The position numbers and the translations under genes were made by a program. Under the pieces are notes generated by a model. The model was not told the origin of the DNA, did not search any database, and saw nothing but the letters and a program-made list of their open reading frames with translations. A DNA stretch of 59,019 bases, counting the filler, from Catajapyx aquilonaris (Eukaryota): the NCBI GenBank assembly GCA_000934665.2. It is 2 parts of 2 records of this genome, joined end to end, with 100 filler letters (N's around TTAATTAATTAA, not from the genome) between each part and the next. Parts side by side here need not be neighbours in the genome. Positions count along the whole stretch, not along the records: positions 1 to 29,455 come from JYFJ02004789.1; positions 29,556 to 59,019 come from JYFJ02004792.1. One strand, given 5' to 3'. This document shows, piece after piece, positions 23,516 through 34,720 of the stretch; position 1 is the first letter of the stretch; each line of letters begins with the position of its first letter.

Positions 23516-26424
23516 TTAATCAATCTTCCTGGCTTCCATAGCACGAATCATACTCTCCATATTGCTGCTCAACATGTCCATCTTGACCTCCAGAGTGTCC
23601 AGCATCTCCTTGACATCCTTGGAACCTGACTTTTCCTGGCCACTCCGCTTCCTCTTAAGTACCACCGACTTGGCAGCTTCTGCAACCGACATGTCTAGGT
23701 AGAAACTCTCAGGATCCACCGCGACCGGATCAAAAAACGTTACGTGAAGCTGCATCTTTGGCAGACGAGGGAACAAAAGCACGGTGTTGCTGATGCCACT
23801 TAACAACCGTCGGAGTTTGGGGAATTTGTGGAGTACGCTGTACAAGGAGCAGTCAGGCAACTGTTGTACCCATTCATACGGACCCCATTTGGAGAAGAAG
23901 GGCATGGTTTCGCCCAACACTGTGCACTCGATGTATGAGATGAGCTGGAGACGCGTTCGGCATCCGACTAGTTCAGCACGTTCACGTATGGCTTGGGTGT
24001 CACTGACTGCCAAACCATTCAAAAGGTTCAGGAGGACGATGACGACAAGGAAGTGAAAGAGGAATATTATGATCTCAGAGGTGTAAGGCAAGGCTTCATA
24101 TGGAAGAGAGGCGAACTTTACCTGGCCTATCATCATGCTGCAGGTACGCAGTACCGACGTTGGAAAGTAGTGAAACGGATGACAGTCAGACGCTTCTTCG
24201 CACGTGTAGAAGACCAGGGCGAAGCTCAGAGCGAAAGCACATATCAAGAGAGAAAATGTGGCCAGAAACTTGACGTAGCTGATGCTGACGGTGGCGAACA
24301 TGGTCATGTACGTGGAGAGACTAGGGTGTTGTCCCAGGATGAAGAGGACCTCGCACCAGGCCAGCAGCATCAGGAAGGGAGCCAGGTGGCGCTTGGTTTC
24401 TATATCTATGGGGCAGTACACCACCAGAATAGTCAAGACAATCAGGGCTGATTCGCATATGTTTGCGAAGCTGATCACATAACGCTTGAGAGACACGGCC
24501 AATTGAACCATTTCGCGTAAGACAATGAACAGGAATAATATTGCGTTGACCGAGGCAATGACGTACCTGGAGGACCGGGAACCAGGTTCAGCCGAAGCAA
24601 ACGACAAGTGCAAGTAAGCTGTCAGCAGCACAACAAAAATTATGTGAACCAGCATGTTGAAGTAGTAGAAGCCGCGGATGCACTGGAACTTCAAGTGAAG
24701 AAAGCTGGAGTACAGGGTGCTTCAGCAGATGCTGGTGCTTGCTCGACTGCCAGAGATACCGCAACGGTTCGGTTTCAGGACTGTGTCTCTTGAGGTCTTG
24801 TTCTTCCGATTCCAGCATCTCGGCATCGTAATAAAAACCTGGATTTTGGGTTCTCTTAAGCGCTAAAAACTCGTATTGGAACGTGACCTGGAACTGGTCC
24901 GACTTAGGATCACTGTCCGATTCGACGATGCATTCGTCCAGAAAATCCTCTAGTACATCCGGTGCAATAATGGCCACTGGTGGTTCCCCCAGCTTGTTCT
25001 TCGCACCCAACGATGCACCCTTACGCAGAAGAGCCAGAATGGCATCCTTGTGTCCATTCCTGGCCGCATAATGCAACGCGGTGTTGCCAAGTCCGTCCTG
25101 TCCGTCCACTTCAGGCGGATTCAGAAGGACTTTAGTCAAGCACAGGTCGTAATCCTGCTCCTTGCTGGCGCATGAGAACTCTCTCAATGCGATGATGTGA
25201 AGCACGGTCCGTTCCAGTTTGCCGGACCTGGCATGGATGTCTACGTTGTACGCCAACAACAGGCTGAGTATCCGGTGGTAGCCGTGTGTTGCGGCCATGG
25301 CTACCGGAGGGATGTCGTAGTTTTGGGACATCAGGTCGGGTTTGGCCCCTTTCTCCAGAAGTGCATGGGCGCAGTCGTACAAGCCGAGCTTGCAGCAGTA
25401 TTGCAGAAAGGTGAACGTGCCGTCGTCCGCGTTCAGGTCCGACGCTTTTCCAACCATGTTCACGAAACTGGCCGTGTCCTGTTGGTACAGCGCTCTGAAC
25501 ATGCTGTTCTTCAGGTAGTTCCATCCGGTATTGACTGACCCTTTTGGCATCGCAATTTCCAGCAGGTCCGGACGGTCTTCCTCCAGTACCTCCCTGGTGG
25601 TACGTCCTGCCACTTCCACGTCCAGGTCCGGTTCGTACTCCAGTATGGCCTCCACGCCTTCCCACCATCCTCCGACTGCTGCCAAGTGTACCAGTGTCGC
25701 TCCATCGTTGTCCACCAAATCAATGTCCATTCCGGTGTCCTCCAAAAGCATGTGCAGGCATCGGAGTATGTGGTAGTTGTCCATCGACATCTTGAAGTTA
25801 GCCACACCTGTCTCGACCACCAGGTGCAACGCGGTTCTCCCTCGGTTGTTGGTACACTGAAGGTCGATGTCACGAGCGAGAAAACACTTAAGCACTGCAT
25901 CCTGTCCCTTCCTGGCAGCGAAAAGTATTGCATTGCCGTACCGCATTGTATTGTGCTGTTCTGGGCTGGAACCATACTCCAGAAGCGAGACGACAAAGTC
26001 AACCAGACCACGTTCGCTGGCGTATTCCAAGCACGTGCACGACATTTCATAATGGGCGTTGATCTGTAATGGGTGCAGACAGAATTATTATTAGCCCTAC
26101 ATCACGTTTACATAATGCATTAAATATAACAAGTGACATTTTCTTATACTTAAGCAATGTGCTCATGATGTAAAGAGGCTTACTGCGATGTGTTGTTCCG
26201 CGTTATATGGCGCGCATGATACGGACTGTACATTTTAAAAACCGGCTGATACCTTATACAAAACTGACCTTTTCTGTGGCGTATGCCATAGATGACCGGA
26301 AGCCTTCCAGGTCCTCTTTCATGAGCAGCTCCATGAGTGTTGGGCTGCTTGACATTGTATAGGACATATTACAGCCCGAGCACAGAGCTACATCCTCTCC
26401 TGGCCACTCGCCATTATCACTCAT
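23516..26424 (-). pseudogene. pain: painless copy 4, inverted, frameshifted (exons 26424-26269, 26063-23516); pseudogene or assembly error
   Basis: First exon MSDNGEWPGED... with AAG|GTCAGT donor and TACAG|ATC acceptor as in the paralogs. It reads GTACTCCAGC where the paralogs read GTACTCTCCAGC, a 2-bp loss at about 24707-24710. This splits it into an ankyrin ORF (26045-24588) and a TM ORF (24694-23516), with no other disruptions. Confidence 0.8.
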
Positions 26425-27622
26425 CTTTTGAAATTGACCTAAAATCAGTACCGATAATAATGTGGTGTGCGTACCCTGAGACGACCTGCGAAACTACACG
26501 TGCCCTTGCCAATATGTGCACATGGCAGGGTTTGGCACATTGCCTCCCGTAAAACCGCGGAATATGGTCAGTCTCACTGTCATTGAGGCACACTGCACAA
26601 CCATTATTTTAAAATCCGGAATTGCGCCACTTGTCATTAGTCACAATAATGGTGGCAACAAAGGTGATTCCAGTATAACTGAAAGCAATGTGTACGCTAC
26701 ACAATTATGCAGGGAATTCTGCCAAATTTTGACAATGCCTATACCGCCACTTCCAAATTGGCCCGTATATGAGTATGGGCAGACAAATATCTGATCTACA
26801 TCTGAAACAAAGGCGCCATAAAACAATATTTCGGCAATTTGTACAGTCAGGACGGATCGATTCTGTATCTGTGACTGCCAGACACTGCTGCGTGATCTAT
26901 TCTCACTTCCGACAAACTTGCATCTAAAACGGGTGTCCAGACCTTGGCAAAATGCAATAAATTGTTCCCCAAAGCAACCATCAATCCAACGAATTGGTTA
27001 TTTTTAAAACTGGTTTCTGGAGTAAACAATCATATTTCTTCCCCCCTTTTCACTTTGGAATGTTATGCTTCACCGCTTATATCGTACTTTACTAAAAGGC
27101 TTCTATAAAGTATCGACGCAACTCGAGTGAGAATTCTTTTGATAATGAAACTGACTCCTTGGAATCGTCAGAGTTACACGCATGACTTAGTTTATGTGGC
27201 AGAGTCTCCGTATATAAAGCCACCCGGAACCTAATGTCTCAAGATAATGCCTGCTTTCTTTGTGCTTTCACCAAGAGTAATTGCAGGCGACGTCTGCAGG
27301 CTTCGTCGATCTTGGGCCAACTTGCACGGACCATTTACCCGGCATACACTTGAAGCTTTTCAGCAACGAAGGCGACGGGATGTCTAGACTATGGACCCAA
27401 CATCGAAGTGAGTAATTGTTACTAATTCGCATTACACTATACACGAGGCAAAGCTGTTCATAAAAAATGGTGGCAAAATTTATTAATAATTTCAACTCAT
27501 TTCTTATGACTATATCGACCGACATCCTATTAGTGTCAATTACGCAAATGCTTGGCACAAAATTACTGCTCATTGCATAATGAGATAAATGAATAATGGA
27601 ACTGCAGCTTCTTTGTTTATTA

Positions 27623-27805
27623 CCGGGTGGTGCACTACCTAAATCGCCAGTTCAACAGTAAATTAATTAATAATAAGTAGATAATTGACCCTAACAAACA
27701 GTCGGAAGGAACTGTCATTATTTTTGCCTATTGGTTTTTGTATATTTTTTACATACGGTATTTATTCCTATCTGAAGCAGTGAACTTGAGAAGTGGACCA
27801 CCCTG
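27623..27805. mobile_element. Small Tc1/mariner-type MITE
   Basis: Imperfect TIRs TA|CCGGGTGGTGCACT ... AGTGGACCACCCTG|TA with TA flanks. Confidence 0.5.
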
Positions 27806-29137
27806 TACATCCTACTGGAGCAAAACAAATTAATCTTCCTAGCATCCCTCTAATGCCAACTAATCCCGCGCAATAGCGAATCAGCTCATTCTGGCGGTAT
27901 AATAGCCTAAGCGAACACCAGTCTCTCTAACAGACTATAAAACCTTAAAGCAGGAGGTCCAAGATAGTCTCCTCACATGCAAGAGCATTAGTTTTCTTCC
28001 GCAAGATATTTTTCTTCCAGGAATTACAGGACCAACTTCCGACCTGTGTCGTGTCTTGGCACCGTTTTTTTCCCCATAAGCCACTCCTAGTTGATAGAAA
28101 TCAGTCACTCTTGAGTGTATACGGTTTTTTTTTTCCCCTTCGAGTGAGTTATTCATGCATGTCTCTCTCATGGCATTTTAGGATTGATCTCAGCTCCATG
28201 TTCAGGTTAAGGGCCGCGTGTGTCTATAAATATAAAAAAGGTCGATTCCAGCCCCATTGCTGTTGTGTGGCCGGTGTTTAAATAATGCATCGCATACACA
28301 AAGTCTTGCATCAGTAGTCCGCCTGATAGAATGCAATCAATGTGCTCGAACAATATGACATATGAGGAATGGGAGCCTATAAATTAAAGATGTAGGAAAG
28401 GGGACGAGTCTATACGCCCGCAGAAGATGCAATAATTCAAAGATCGTTGAAGAATGATTGTGTGAAATAATCAATGGCTATTCATGTAGAAAATTGAAAT
28501 AAATATGATTTTGGAGAATCGCTGCAGTTGTTGCAAAATGCGGTGCTTCAAATTTACGTAATGATTTTTATTTCATTTATTATTGGTATTGTCATTGTTG
28601 CATAACAATTGTTGAACTTAAGCAAACTCTACCCATATATCCCGCATTCTTCAGGCAGGGTTTTTTCCTTATCAATTGCGTAATAAAGTCTTCCAAAGCC
28701 AGTTTTGCTGTCCTTGACTGGCCAGAAGTACACCTTCCAGCGCTCACGTACGGTGGCATTTATTTAGGGGCAGGGTTACAAGAAACAGGCAGCTAAAAGA
28801 TACGAAGTCTCCAAGCTTTTTCATTCACAAGATTAAGCATTAGAAAACTGTAAGTTATTAGTGACACTTGTAATTGGGATAATTAGCGTAATCGCCGATC
28901 AAATATTCAGTACAAATATCATGTGTCTTGCATTTTAGGTGTCTGATTCAGTGATTTTTATCCCCTAAGGTGCTCATTACGAAGTCTCAGTTGCTTTCAA
29001 TCAGCACTGCACTCTCATTATACCATATCCGAGAACCACACCTGTCATAACATTGTGTCCATTATACGTTTCTTTCCTGAACCCAGAATATGTAGTGCGG
29101 TATACAACCTAGCATATAATCCAGCATTTTAACCTGT

Positions 29138-29455
29138 TGAAATTCCAGTCGTGACCAACCGGCCTTGACCTTGTGCGGATTCCTTGATTGGCACCACCTT
29201 CACTTGCACTTGCATTCCCAGTCACCCCCACCAGGGGCGTATACTTGTTTTACCACCTTAGTTAGTGGTCAGTCCGCGTCTGGTCCAGACTAAACAACAG
29301 TGAGGACTTCCAACAACTATATACCAGCAGGTGACTTTAGACCTCGCAATTTGTGCCTCAATGTTATTGCATAAACAGTCGGATTGTTCAGGCAAGCTAC
29401 CTTGACAGTCTCCTCAAAGGTAAAGCCCCTTTTAAAGCTGGATTTGCTCCTTGTA
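29138..29455 (+). promoter_or_regulatory. 5' module of a probable fifth painless paralog, truncated by the assembly gap
   Basis: Clear homology to 7575-7860 (AATTCCAGTCGTGAC...CCACCAGGGGCG...TCTGGTCCAGAC...AAAG|GTA...TTTAAAG..GGATT..CTCCTTG). It ends inside the UTR intron, just short of where the ATG exon should start. Confidence 0.75.
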
Positions 29456-29555
29456 NNNNNNNNNNNNNNNNNNNNNNNNNNNNNNNNNNNNNNNNNNNNT
29501 TAATTAATTAANNNNNNNNNNNNNNNNNNNNNNNNNNNNNNNNNNNNNNNNNNNN
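29456..29555. other. Artificial assembly spacer / contig join
   Basis: 44 N + TTAATTAATTAA (29500-29511, stops in all six frames) + 44 N, exactly 100 bp. Confidence 0.95.
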
Positions 29556-29983
29556 ATCATCAAAAAATTTTAATGGAATTTCTCTTGCTGTAACTTGGCC
29601 ATTGCTCTTAAAACATTGAAACAGTTGTAGAATTCAACAATACCTTGGACATGAGCAATGGCCAAGTTACAGCAAGAGAAATTCCATTAAAAATTTTTGA
29701 TGATTAAACCTAAGGTCGACCTGGAAAAACAAAGTTAGTGGTTTAGGTTGAAGAAGTTGAGAATGCCAGTAATTGACTACGACGTTGAACTTGGCCGTAT
29801 TTCAGATCTCACCACTTTTGACGGCCAAGCAGTCAGGAGAACTTGGCCTTTTTTTTACAGAAAGGTTTTTGGTGGGATTCCCCTTTCCTCCGAAAAATCA
29901 CCGTTTGCAAGGCACTGCTTAAAAAGTAGCAGCTACGCGCAATTTTCCGATAACTGTTCGGACAAAAAAGATGAGACACCCTG
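29556..29983. mobile_element. Right part of a Tc1/mariner-type MITE cut by the gap, with internal hairpin
   Basis: Terminus ...GAGACACCCTG|TA. Internal inverted repeat at 29556-29608 / 29653-29704. Confidence 0.55.
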
Positions 29984-29984
<1 letters not shown>

Positions 29985-30042
<58 letters not shown>

Positions 30043-30046
30043 TAAT
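29985..30046. repeat. (AAT)n microsatellite
   Basis: Direct reading of the sequence. Confidence 0.95.
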
Positions 30047-30099
30047 TTGTGAGTAATGCTTTATATAGCATGGACCTTTATTGTATTTTAAGTTATTAA

Positions 30100-30604
30100 A
30101 GGGACACTCCACTCAAAATACAAGTTGGGCTCTAAAAATCTGGCAAAAAATCCTGACTCCGAGGGTATAAGCAGTTTTTCTGAGAGACGAACGGTAAGGC
30201 CAGGGCGAAAGCTGGAAGTGTGTCGTTCGAAAACCGCGCTCTAACGGGCCCGGTGCAGGTGGCGTGGCGACGCGACGCCACCCCAAGGGTGACGTTGGAT
30301 AGTAGCGCCGCCCTTCCCAACGGCGACTTGGATAAGTTGCCTACGGGTATGGGGATCCGTGGGGATCTGGTTGTGTCCGAAGCCAACTTCCCCTAGTGCC
30401 CGTTGGGAAGGGCGGCGCTACTATCCAACGTCGCCTAACTTGGCCAGGTGGCGCCCCTCTCGAACAGACCTCGAATTTTTTTCGACTTTCGTCTCTTCCC
30501 CTGACATTACCGTTCGTCTCAGAGATAAACGGATGGTATCACCGGAATCAGGATTTTTTGCCTGATTTTTACAGATCAACTTGTATTTTGAGTGGAGTGT
30601 CCCT
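30100..30604. mobile_element. MITE with TTAA target duplication (Kolobok-like termini)
   Basis: TTAA|AGGGACACTCCACTCAAAATACAAGTTG ... CAACTTGTATTTTGAGTGGAGTGTCCCT|TTAA: a 28-bp perfect TIR with extended internal palindromy. RR...YY ends with TTAA fit Kolobok rather than piggyBac. Confidence 0.8.
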
Positions 30605-30609
30605 TTAAG

Positions 30610-30872
30610 TACATGGTGCCTATTTAATGAAAGCCCGGGCCCACGAGCAGGGTGACAGGAGGGGATGTGCAAGGTGCAGTGCAATGTCGTAGCTGTGGTC
30701 ATTTTTTGAACTCCCCGGGTGGTTTAGTCTATTGGAAATACCACCCGAGACGAAGCCAGAGATGACCCCGAACTCTCCACGAGATGAAGGGGGTGTCCCG
30801 AGGCTGGGATCGAACCCGGGACCTTAACATACGTGGGCGCATACGTTACCGCAGCGCCACTCCGTCTCCCCA
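30610..30872 (-). mobile_element. tRNA-derived SINE, family 1, copy a
   Basis: The minus-strand head has an A-box-like TGGCGCTGCGG and a B-box GGTTCGATCC. Homologous to 33289-33581 and 34395-34720. Confidence 0.8.
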
Positions 30873-32039
30873 ACATGTAGTACATATACGATATACGATT
30901 CTTATTGTATTCTTTGTGTTGATTTCAAATATGTTAACTGATCTTTTCTCTCACCTACAGCATTTGAGTCATTGGCATTTTTATGGTATAAAAAAGCCTC
31001 TAGAGTCATACACTTTGAAATAAATTTGTGAGTAAGTAATTACTAATAGGGCCTAGTATGGGCTTAGTATGGATTAGTTATGATGCCCCCATTGTACGTA
31101 GATATACCAAAATCCTCTTATGGAAAATGGATGCCGATATTACAATTCTGACATCATATTCACAATCAGTGCCTACTAATACATGAGAGACACCAAAAAA
31201 GGACCTTAAACAAAAACCCAATGTTGTACAATAAATTAATAATATTGAGCTATGCAAAATAGGCCTACTCTTGGGAGAGTAAGGCCTGTTACAAGAAAAT
31301 TGATACCGATAGAAATTTTTGACTTCAAATTAAAACTCAGCGAATACTAATACATAATAAAAAGTGAAAATGGCTTATTTAACAAAACCATTGTTGACCC
31401 TAATTATATTAGTCACATTGAGCAATGTGCAGTGTACTTTCCTCAAAATAACTTACGGCTGTTACAAAAATTGGAGGGTGATGGAAACTTTCTGACTTCA
31501 TATTCGGAATCCGCGCATATGAATGCATTAGAAACAGCTAAAATTGTTCATGTGCCATAAACCTTGTTGACTAGTGTTATTAAGTATAGTTGCCCCCTTT
31601 TCCTTGCAACCAATATATGATAGAAATGTCAGCATAATTATTGTGAACATACTGCTTTTCAAGTTTCAAATGGTTACAAAAGACGCTAGCATTGGTACAG
31701 AATAATACGGCAACTAATTTTTAGTTACACATTATTCACTATTACTGGCATTCAATGAACATGATGGTTTTTGCATTATGTGGCAAACTTGCAAATTGGT
31801 ATTGTAGGATGTTTCTTCGAGTTCATTTAATGTCAGTTCTAGTAAAAGAATGTGACTCAGAAAGTTGGGAATCATAAATGCCACAAAAAAACTTTACTAT
31901 TGCTTTATGCACTTTCCTACCACCTTCTGTAGGGCTCCATGAGAATCTTGAAAAATTGACGGATAATAATATTCTGATTCTTTTATCTCACATCAACTCA
32001 GGAGCACTGTCTTGTAATATTCTAGCTTTTGCCTTTCTA

Positions 32040-32467
32040 CAGGGTGTATCTGAACTCAGTGCCCCGACGTATATGACTGCCTTCCTAGCCACCAGAGGAT
32101 CGATTTAAGTATAGGAGTCATATGTCTGGGCAGCCTCATTACGGAGATAATTGGCCGCAAACATGTAGTACAAAAATAATATCCTGTCGGTTAGGCCACC
32201 CATCGAACCCTCCCCCAGTCAAAAGGCTCTGGAAGGTCTGGGGGCGGGACTTTGTTGGTTTGTTGCCCACAGGTGGTAAGGCCTCTTTGGCTAGTTACAC
32301 CAGAAAATTCTATTTAAAAGTCAGAAGGAGCGATTAGGCAAAAATCGCTAAAGAGTGTATCTCAGTAATGAGGCTGCCCAGACATATGATTCCTATACTT
32401 AAATCGATCCTCTGGTGGCTAGGAAGGCAGTCATATACGTCGGGGCACTGAGTTCAGATACACCCTG
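32040..32467. mobile_element. Tc1/mariner-type MITE, copy a
   Basis: About 100-bp TIRs starting CAGGGTGTATCTGAACTCAGTGCCCCG, TA flanks at both ends. A near-identical copy lies at 50237-50665. Confidence 0.9.
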
Positions 32468-33173
32468 TATAGTAGACACTGTAAACCAATTAATTGCATA
32501 AATCTTATCCATCTTGGCCGACAAGTAAAATGTTACTTATATTAGTGTATATTGCTCTCTAGGTTTACATTATGAAATCCCACTTTTAGTGAACACATAG
32601 TCCATTTCAAGTGAATAAATTGCAGTATATTAAATTGACTGGCGAAATATCAGGATCCATAGTATAATCGAGTTTCACATTTTCTTCTAACATTTTATAG
32701 AAACAAACATCGGAGAAAAATAATCGTTCACAGCAAAAACTTGTGAAGAAGGTATATGCTATTCTTTGGCAGGTTTAAAACATTCACTGTATAAAGTACA
32801 CCTTAATCCGCTTAAAATTACTGTACGTCAGTTTAGCAATCAAAGCAGAAAGAAAATGAAAAGCAAAGCTTTGCAACAAGAGCCCGTTTCTCCCACACCA
32901 CATGGAAAATACCCCCCCCCCCCCACCCGCGCCCCAGAGGCATATGAGTACAATTTTCTGGTATCTTCAAAGGAGATGTTCGAAATGGACAATTCTGGCA
33001 GGATGAAATTCGCCCTGCTAACATCGCGTTTTGCTGACGCCACGGAAATTATGCTCAACAGCTTATGATAGCGCAGAGAGAATAGAAACAATATTAGACA
33101 TTATATAGGCTATAGGTATACAAAATAATCCAGGAAGGATCCATAAAGGATGTCCCTTTCCAACACACGGTAC

Positions 33174-33248
<75 letters not shown>
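33174..33248. repeat. (AAT)n microsatellite
   Basis: Direct reading of the sequence. Confidence 0.95.
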
Positions 33249-33249
<1 letters not shown>

Positions 33250-33288
33250 GGTAGTGCTTCTGACCCCTTGGGTACAAGCACTTTGACC

Positions 33289-33581
33289 ATTATTTATTTT
33301 TTATTGATCGGTGTTACATTTTGGTGCCTATTAATTTGAAACGCCCGCGCCCACGGGCAGGATGACAGGAGGGGATGTGCAATGTGCAGTCCAAAGTTTC
33401 CAAGATGGTACGTAATTTGTGTACTCCCCCGGGTGGATATGTCTAGCGGAAATTCCACCCTAGACGAAGCCAGAGACGACCCAACTCTGCACGAGATGAA
33501 GGGGGTGTCCCCGGGCTGGGATCGAGCCCGGGACCTTAACATCCGTGGGCGCAAACGTTACTGCAGTGCCACTCCACTCCC
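33289..33581 (-). mobile_element. tRNA-derived SINE, family 1, copy b
   Basis: Homologous to copies a and c, with an A-rich tail on the minus strand. Confidence 0.8.
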
Positions 33582-34394
33582 CGTTACTGCAATAATAAGG
33601 AACATGTGAAAGCAAAATCATAAACGAGTGTAACTTACTATAGACTTATAGAGTATAGACGAAGGTCTTAGGTCAACAGAGTTGGGTCGAGACTTCACTC
33701 TTTTGGATGCAGTTGCTGTTGCTGTTGTGTCCTGAGGTTTATTCTGTCGCCTTCCTCGATAGTGGTGAAATGGTCAACTTAGGCACTTGTATAGTACAAA
33801 TCATCATTCCAATTATGCTGTAGTGTAACGTGACACTGACCTTGACTTCAAGTGACTGCGTCGTTCGTCATGTCCTGTGCTTCGTCTCTCTTTGATGACT
33901 GGACCCTGCAGGCTCTTCCTGTTATCCTTCAGACCAGACCGTGTCTTCCGTTAGCTAAATATATTCTTGATTGTGTAATCACCGTTCTTGAGTGCATTAC
34001 ATTGACTATTGGTGTTATCTGTGCGCTTTTGTCTGTTGCTCTCGCTATTTTGTCTAGTGCACCCTATTACTGCTAATAAATTAGCATAATTATTTTGTCA
34101 CTCGATGTTCCTAAATTGCTTGGTCATTCTTCTCGCACTTCTCACATTAGAAAAGCTCGTGCTATCACATTCTTCCAAGGCTGTTCGTGATGGCGAATCT
34201 GTTGTTGTAATACTGACACAGTATGAAGTCACTTGTAAAGTGTTGTAACTTGATACACGTACGTATGTTTGAAGACATTCGCGGATTGGTCCGAAATACA
34301 CAACCAAAACGACCAAAACATTAAAGGCTTAAAACAGATGTACGTAGGTACACGCCGCAAGTAAACTTATTAAGTAAACTGATAATCCTGTATT

Positions 34395-34720
34395 ATTTAT
34401 TTTTTACTGTACCCCATTATCGGGCCCTGGGCCATTGGAGTTGGATACCACCATGTTTGGAACCGTACATAATGTGTATGTTTTAATTGTTCCAAGGGTA
34501 AGTAGGAGGGGATGTGCAAAGTGCAAGTGCAATGTCGTATATTGGTCATTTTGTGAACTCCCCCGGGTGGATTAGTCTATAGCGGAAATTTCCACCCGAG
34601 ACGAAGCCAGAGATGGCCAAACTCTGCACGAGATGAAGGGGGGAACCCCGGGCTGGGATCGAACCCGGGACCTTAACATCCGTGGGCGCGTGCGTTACCG
34701 CAGCACCACTCGGCCTCCCC
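34395..34720 (-). mobile_element. tRNA-derived SINE, family 1, copy c
   Basis: B-box GGTTCGATCC, A-rich tail and a 14-bp TSD GATAATCCTGTATT (34381-34394, 34721-34734). Confidence 0.85.

Noticed and set aside
10125..26069. Many overlapping alternative-frame and antisense ORFs within painless copies, some recurring between copies
   Set aside because: Shadows of GC-rich coding sequence. Recurrence is explained by paralogy.
29500..29511. TTAATTAATTAA palindrome as a biological site
   Set aside because: It is centred in symmetric N runs and is a synthetic six-frame-stop spacer.
29748..30056. Poly-Ile ORFs (also 33063-33290) and poly-LS ORFs (52337-52750)
   Set aside because: Translations of (AAT)n and (AG)n microsatellites.
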